A DNA stretch of 64,000 bases. It comes from Octopus vulgaris. Its lineage: Eukaryota. Location of the stretch: NCBI GenBank assembly GCA_951406725.2, contig OX597838.1, positions 1,860,001 through 1,924,000 of the forward strand, in the 5' to 3' direction. Numbering within the stretch: the stretch's first letter is position 1; every line of letters starts with the position of its first letter. The position numbers were made by a program, and so were the translations under genes. The notes below the pieces were generated by a model. The model was not told the DNA's origin and did not search any database. It saw only the letters and a list, made by a program, of their open reading frames with translations. Below, one piece after another: positions 56,237 through 64,000 of the stretch.

Positions 56237-56877
56237 ATATATATATATATATATGTATGTATATGTATGTATAATTATTCTACACCTCTATGACCAATAT
56301 AAGATACAGTTAGGTCTTTATCTTTTCATTGCCAAAATGGTTAACTGTTTAATAGCATGATTAAAGATAATGAGATTTAGTAAAAGGGCGATAAATGTCG
56401 GATGATGAACGTTAATTTAACACCCCACCACCACCACCACCATCACTACCATCACCACCATCACTACCATCACGACCACCACGACCACCACCACGACCAC
56501 CACCATCACTACCATCACGATCACCACCACTACCTCCACCTCTACTACTACCACCACCACTACCGCACTGTCTTCTGCACACACAAACATACAACAACAA
56601 CAACAACAACCACGTTTCTACTTTCACTATCACTCTTCCGCACCGACGCCATGTTTATGTTCGCGTTCTTCTCGATTCTTTTACTCTCCGTCGTTCTTCC
56701 TTTATTTCTTTCTTTCTTTCTTTCTTTCTCTCCTTGTTTCTTTGTTTCTTTCTTTCTCTCCCTTTCTCTCGTTCTTTCTTTCTCTCTCTCCTCTTCTATC
56801 CCTTTGTCTCCCTTTATCTTTGTGTTTGTCTCAGTTTTCTCTTTTCTCTGCAATCACCTATTTCCTTATGGGGTTTT

Positions 56878-56916
<39 letters not shown>

Positions 56917-57297
56917 CTGGTATGCAAGCAGGCATTCAATTACATGCGTAGGCACATTAACGTAGACACATATGTTACACATACATACGTGCATATATAC
57001 ACACATATATATGTGTGTGTGTCTGTGTATGTGTGTAATGATTATATATTTCTTTATTAATTTTATTGTATGTACACACACACATACACATCTACATATA
57101 TACGAAAAATACACACGTGTACGCACACCTATAATTACACATAAATATATGTGTTGTGTATGTTTGTATATTTTGTGTATTTGTTTATGAATATACTATA
57201 TGTATACGCACACACATACAAATATACATAATATATAAATTTATATTCATATATACATATATATATATATACACTCATATATATATATACATATACA

Positions 57298-57351
<54 letters not shown>

Positions 57352-58854
57352 GATAGATAGATATAGATATAGATATAATTATATATATATGTCTTACACA
57401 CACACACATATGCGATACCCTCACACAAGACTTTCCACTCCTTGTTTACCAATTCTTCCTCTAAAATAACCGGAAACCGTCTTTCACCGATTCCGCAGCC
57501 ACGTCTACTGCTACCACGTTTCTCCTTCACCTCCCACTGTTACCACTCTCGAAATTCGTTATTTCCTTTTCTCTCACGAAAACTAATTTATGCATACGTT
57601 GTCAGAAATAGCAGCCAAGTCTCTCTCGAATTACACAATGCTGGTTTTAGAACACATTGGGAAGTGTAGTCCAAGTGTAGTCCAATGATGTCTGGAAAAA
57701 AGATTCTGAATAGTTCTCTGTCGAATGTCTATGATCACTGGTTAGCTGGATGTGATCTGGCCTGTGGCTAAACCACAATAACAGTAACAACAATAATAAT
57801 AATAATCCCTTTCTGAAATTTTGTGGAAGGGGCCGAGACGATCACATCGGCCCCAGTGCTCGACCTTGGTGGGATTTGAACTTAGAACATGAAAACGGAT
57901 GAATTGTTGTGAAGCATTTCGTCCGGCGGGCGAACGATTCTGCCAGAAGGACGAATTGACTAATATAGTAGCTGACACTCTATGGGTGGAAAATGGGGTG
58001 GGCAAGAGTGGAACGTCTCAGGTGATTTGCTGATGTACCTGTAAAATCAGTGTTGAATTGTAGGCAAATGATTTCAATACACCACCACCAAAGCCACAAC
58101 CACCAATACCACCACCATCACTAACACCACCACCACCACCACCAATACCACCACCACCACCACCACCACCACTGCCACCGCCACCACCATTAACACCACC
58201 ACCACCACCAATACCCCCACCACCACCACCATCACCACCACCACCACCACCACCACCACCACCACCACTGCCACCGCCACCACCAATACCACCACCACCA
58301 CCACCATAACCACCACCACCACCAATACCACCACCACCATCACCACCACCACCAATACCACCACCACCACCACCATCACTACCACCGCCACCACCAATAC
58401 CACCACCAACACCATCACCACTGCCACCACCAATACCACCACCACCATCACCGCCACCACCACTACCACCACCAGCACCATTACCCCCCCCCACCCCATC
58501 AGTCTGTGAAATTACAGTCTATTGTTTAGAGTCTAAATGGCAGCAATTCAAAGATATTTCGTCTCCTTTTAATATTCCTTTTGAAGTTTGGATGGCGCCT
58601 TAGTTCACCGTTAATTGGAGTAAAACCTCTCATAGAGGTAAACCTGCATTTTGGGGTTCTCGTCCATATCACCGCCAGAATCATATATGCCAGTCGAGGC
58701 ACAGGCTCTAGTGCCTATACACGCGCACACACACACATACACACACACTGTAAGGGTATAATCAATCAAACGACTATCTTATTATGTTAAATATATTTAT
58801 TTATAAATTCTTTCACTGTGTATAAATACATACATATACATGTATGTGTGTGTG

Positions 58855-58901
<47 letters not shown>

Positions 58902-59094
58902 TATAAAGAGAGAGAGAAATAGATATAGATACATATCTACATATACATATACATTCCTGCATATAAACGTATGCACACATATAGTGACTTCGAAGGTTCG
59001 GCATTCAACGGACAGATATATACACACTGCATACATCTCAAAATCTCACAGATCTCACACACCTATCCATCTCTCAATCTATTTAATTAATACA

Positions 59095-59143
<49 letters not shown>

Positions 59144-59525
59144 TCTCTCAACAGTCCAATGTTTGAATTAAATAGACGTCAGGAACTCTATAGATGGCAC
59201 CACAATGCATCAGCAGCGACGCAAACATCAATTTAATATTTCACCGTCAAAAACCTCCCAAGCTATTCCGATGTCATACTTTGCTTCTATTATCTTTACT
59301 TCCTTACTTTTGCGAAATTGTTCCATTTTCCTCGCTAGGAAGCGTCAATAACTTTTCGTTCTCCGCAGCTAATAGCAATATTCCAAGAGGAAATGAAACG
59401 GTGAAAGAATTCTCCAGATATCACCAAACTTAGTTTGCATTCTTATATCTGATGGCAAACATTTCCTAGACTCTCCATAAAGAATATCTCCATTGTGGTC
59501 ATTTATGAATTATATAATTGTGGAA

Positions 59526-59860
59526 GGCGCATGGCTCAGTGGGTAGATCGTCGGGTTCACAATCATGAGGTTGTGAGCTCGAATCACGGATCGGGTCGTG
59601 TGTTGTGTTCTTCAGTAAAACACTTTATTTCACGTTGCTCCGATTCACTCAGCTGTAGAAATAAGTTGCGACGTCACCGGTGCCAAACTGTATCGGGCTT
59701 TCCCTTCCCCTTGGATAACGTCGGTGGAGGCAAGAAGCTGCTATGCATGGGCGACTGCTAGTCTTCCATAAACAACCTTGACCGGACTTTTGCCTCGTGG
59801 GATAACTTCATAGGCGCAATCCCATGGTCATTCATGACCGAAGATGTTCTTTACCCTTTC
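59526..59860 (+). mobile_element. SINE family B, full length with TSD
   Basis: tRNA-like head ggcgcatggctcagtgggtag; ataattgtggaa at 59514-25 and 59861-72. Confidence 0.9.
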
Positions 59861-60055
59861 ATAATTGTGGAAGGACTTTGAACTAACCTCATCGACAGTT
59901 TAACGAATATTTACTCGGAATTGACGGTGTGTAAGTTCAATTTTCATTGTCAACCAATGACTTTGTTTTTCACAAAACATATTTTCAAATTTTGAAACTA
60001 TTTCTTCACTAAATTATTCCAATATGTCTTTGCAATCGGCTTGCCAATATTTTGA

Positions 60056-60262
60056 GGCGGCAAGATGGTAGAATCGTTAGCACACCAGGCGAAAGTCTTC
60101 ATGGCATTTCGTCTTTATGTTCTAAGTTCAAATTCCGCTGAGATCGACTTTGCCTTTCATCCTTTCGGGGTCAATAAAGTAAGTACCCGTTATGCACTGG
60201 GGTCGATATAACCGACTCATTCCCTCCTCCGAACTTGCTGGCCTTGTGCCAAAATTTGAAAT
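60056..60262 (+). mobile_element. SINE family A
   Basis: Head and core as in 33647-33860; caatattt on both flanks. Confidence 0.85.
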
Positions 60263-60293
60263 CAATATTTAAACTAATATATCAATATTGTAA

Positions 60294-60590
60294 AGGCATG
60301 TGGGTGATTGGTTAGGGTGTTACAAACACGATCGCAAGACCGTAGGTTCAAATCTCAGAACAGCGGTGGCTTGTGTTCTTGAGTGAAAAAAAAACTTCAT
60401 TCCACGTTGATCCAGTTAACACAGCTGTAAATAGATAACTCTGTTACGGATTGGTGACCCGTTCAGTGAGGTAGTGTAGGCCTGACCGGGCTGCTAGCGG
60501 GTGGCACCATTTGAAATAAACAAAAACGATGTGAGGAAGCGCATTGTGATCAGCGGTGTATATCAACATCAGATGAAGTGGTCGATACAT
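60294..60590 (+). mobile_element. Degenerate SINE family B-like copy
   Basis: ggttagggtgtt..ggttcaaatc..gtgttcttgag..ccacgttgatccagttaacacagctgtaaat. Confidence 0.6.
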
Positions 60591-61454
60591 TGATATACTG
60601 ATGTTCACATTATACCTCATTACTTCGACCGTGCGAATAATCGGTACGGTGAAACTTAACTACGATTTTAGAATTTTTCTTCTGTTGCTTCAGTCACTGA
60701 AACCTTCCAAGGATTAGTTAATCATATCGATCCCAGTTTTTAGTATTTTAGGCTCAAGCTCTAATATCAATAGCTTTTTGCCGTACCGCAAAGTTAGGAA
60801 AGTCAGGAATTTAGTTGTTTTTTGTCTCCAAGAATTCTAGATTTTGAGATTATCTTCCCTTCTCGTTTGGAATTGGTATCAACTGCCACTAAGCGATTAG
60901 TCTACCCTCTCTGGAAGAGAATGTTATTTCAATAAACCAAGAATTTATCTTATTAAATGTACTTTTGTTCGCCTTTGTTATTGAAATTAATGCGAATGAC
61001 GGCTTTCAGTGATTTCTCTGAGTCACAACAGCAAGAACATAAAAGAGAAATTTCAAACTAAAATATCTACGAAATACTAATTTAATATCGTTCGAATTGA
61101 ATGTATTCTGGTAGCACTTTATTGTTAACAAGGTGCGACAAGAAACTCATATAAATGACCAGCCTGGTGCTATATATATGAAAAATATCACGCAAACGTA
61201 CGACATGAATGCATTTTTAAAGCAGTCTTTATGTTGCAGAAAAGTCAATAAGTTTCAAAGAAAATTAATATAAATTAATTTAAGATTATACAACCTAAAT
61301 AAAATTAAAACAACTAATTATAGTATATATTATATATATGTATATAAAATATAAATTAGAGATAAAACCACTATTATGCAACTCAGTGATAGACACAAAC
61401 CAATACATAAATAACAAAAACATAAACCAAAATACATCTGTATATATATTTATA

Positions 61455-61750
61455 TGGCCCAGTGGTTAGGGTGTTGCACTCAGGGTCGCGAGATCTCAGT
61501 TTCAAGTCCTAGATCGAGTGGTGTGCTGTGTTCTTGAGCAAAACACTTCATCGCACATTGCTCTTCAAGCACTTCGACAACTAACACATGGTGCACTGTG
61601 GTGCATCGGTTCAGACAACGTCGGTTCGATGGAGGGACAGGTGAACTAAGGTGCGACACGAACATTTGATTCCTAGAAACAAATCTTTTGTGCAGGTCTT
61701 TCGGCAAAACAGCTGAACCCTTCATACGTCGACCATCGACGGGAGAGTCC
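61455..61750 (+). mobile_element. SINE family B-like copy (different body)
   Basis: atggcccagtggttagggtg..tttcaagtcc..gtgttcttgagcaaaacacttc. Confidence 0.65.
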
Positions 61751-61984
61751 TTCACATGTCTTCTCTATATCTTTATTCGTTAGTTGTGTATGTGTGCGCA
61801 TATATATATATATGATGGGTGGCCCAGAGAGGTTTAATAACTCTCTTACTTCTCCAAATAGTTGTATGAAATGTTAATTCAATAAAAAGGACATAATGGA
61901 AATTCATTTGCACCTATCCTTTTCCTCATACCTCTGCACTACGCATACATATATGGTAGTGGTGTTGTCATCTTCCTTATTTGC

Positions 61985-62180
61985 GTGTGTCTTTGTCCAA
62001 GTGTCTATCCCCGCGATGCTTGACAACCGGTTTTGCTTTGTTTACGTCCCATTTACTTAGCGGATCGACAATACGGACCGTTAGAATACCTAGCAAACTT
62101 TAAAATAAAAGTAGCAACTGAGGTCCGTTTGTTTGACTAGAAACCTTTCAAGCAGTGCCTTGGATATGGCCGCAGTCCAC
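61985..62180 (+). mobile_element. SINE family C, 3' half
   Basis: gcttgacaaccgg..gtttacgtccc..acttagcgga..atggccgcagtc. Confidence 0.7.
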
Positions 62181-62674
62181 ATAAGAGATAGAGGATATGC
62201 ATAAACACACACATACACACACACACACACGCGCGCGCACACGTGCATTTATGAATACTTATATAAACAAATCACCTGCTCGTGCAACGGACGGCAGTTT
62301 GAGGATATCAAAAAAAAGCTCGGCTTTTTGATTAAAATTGATTTGAATTGATCAGAAATTGATGCGAAATTCGACACAAGAAAAACCGTGTTTTATCCTA
62401 TTTGTTGTGGCAATTGTTGTTGTTGTTGTTGTTGTTAAATTTGTGATTTATGTTCACCCAATTAAACGACCCCTCTGCACCCCCGCCTCCACCCATCCAC
62501 CTCCAACACATCCCAATGAACAAGCGATGTCCCCTTTCATCTACGACGTTGTTCAGTAATGTCTGCCAGCCACTCAACGAGGCGATGCTGCCTGTGACTT
62601 GAAGGGAGTCGTTGAAGTTAGTGGCGGAGTCATTCATACGTAACTAAATATTCCAACTTTAACAGAACCAAAGC

Positions 62675-62758
<84 letters not shown>

Positions 62759-62778
62759 GGGTGACGAGGGTGATGATG

Positions 62779-62810
<32 letters not shown>

Positions 62811-63172
62811 GATGGTGATGATGGTGATAATGATGGTGATGATGATGATGATGATCATCGTCATCGTCAGATACCGGCAGTGGAGTCCTGCTCCCTTTCA
62901 AACGTGATTTACTAACACTAGTCAAACGCGTGTCTCCACCGCCGTCTCCTCGGTTTCTGCCGTCGCGGGTCCGACATGTTTGCAGCAGAACGAACGGATT
63001 AATGCAAAGCTGGTTAAAGGGTTTACAAGTTATAAATATAACCGGAGACATGTTCAAGCAGAGACTCACAGACATTCATATGCACGAATGCGTCTATATA
63101 TATATATATATATATACTCGTCCATTTTTGATAATTATGTAAATATATATACATACATATATATATACATAC

Positions 63173-63206
<34 letters not shown>

Positions 63207-63344
63207 AAATATATATATAAAGATATGTAGATATAGATATGTATATGTATGCATACATACATATATACAAACGTATATCTATGTCCATATATGTATTTCT
63301 GTCTATATGTCTGCATACACACTCATTTAAATGCATATATATAT

Positions 63345-63392
<48 letters not shown>

Positions 63393-63404
63393 TACATAAT
63401 GCAT

Positions 63405-63449
<45 letters not shown>

Positions 63450-63831
63450 TATATGACCATATAAGGTGTATGGAAAGTTCGGTGTCTGCCAGATGAGAGC
63501 GTAACCCGATATTATTTAAACGTATGAAGAAGCCTCTTCTTCGGTCTGTTTATTCCTTTTTATCTACTTCAGATATCAGAGGGATACAGAAACGCATACA
63601 CACACACACACACACACATACACACGCATGCATACTTATACGTACATATATATATGTCAGTATGCATGCATGTGTGTGTGTGTGTGTGTGCGTATGTTTG
63701 TGTGTGTGTGTGCGTATGTTTGTGTGTGTGTGTATGCTTTGGCCTTAACTTGCTACGTCAACCTCTACGTTTTCTTTTGCCAATATGCCTGAGGTAGCTT
63801 TCATCTTATGTGATCCCCTCTTTCTCTTTGA

Positions 63832-63866
<35 letters not shown>

Positions 63867-64000
63867 TATACATATACATATATATATATATGTGGATACA
63901 TGCGGTATAGAATAGATAGGTTGATAGCTAGATGGATGGATGGACGGACGGATGGATAGGTGGTAAGGCTTATATGTGTTCCTATATGAGACGGCGATAT

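Noticed and set aside
58018-58499. Gly-rich ORF resembling a structural protein
   Set aside because: Degenerate (CCA)n tract, no signal peptide, GTG start, and an overlapping poly-Val frame is equally open.
59526-59600. tRNA gene
   Set aside because: The tRNA-like head continues into a SINE body with a TSD; no intact cloverleaf or oligo-T terminator.
62312-62330. Terminator-like hairpin aaaaagc-tcg-gcttttt
   Set aside because: Intrinsic terminators are not relevant in this eukaryotic DNA, and such a short hairpin is expected by chance.

Overview
Eukaryotic, AT-rich, intronic or intergenic DNA saturated with microsatellites. The SINE families and simple-repeat load point to an Octopus (coleoid cephalopod) genome; this is recognition-based inference, not a search result. 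No complete host gene is visible, and almost all ORFs in the track are microsatellite artefacts. Recognisable decayed transposons: two mariners, a Tc1-like element with DD36E spacing, a hAT (zf-TTF/DUF4371) remnant, hAT MITEs, RTE and CR1/L2-group LINE remnants, and three or more tRNA-like SINE families. The most notable signal is ten hammerhead-ribozyme (HHR) motifs from about seven distinct families, each in a short Penelope-pLTR- or retrozyme-like unit near a (TA)n or (CA)n tract. They include a U3-A8 covariant core inside a 760-bp fold-back whose 359-bp unit shows a head-to-tail junction. Also present: a 94-bp target duplication around a 43-bp SINE tail, a triple p53-type site in a promoter-like region, a 33-bp hairpin, a recurrent GAGTTRTYTCCCTT motif in clusters, and several speculative exons.
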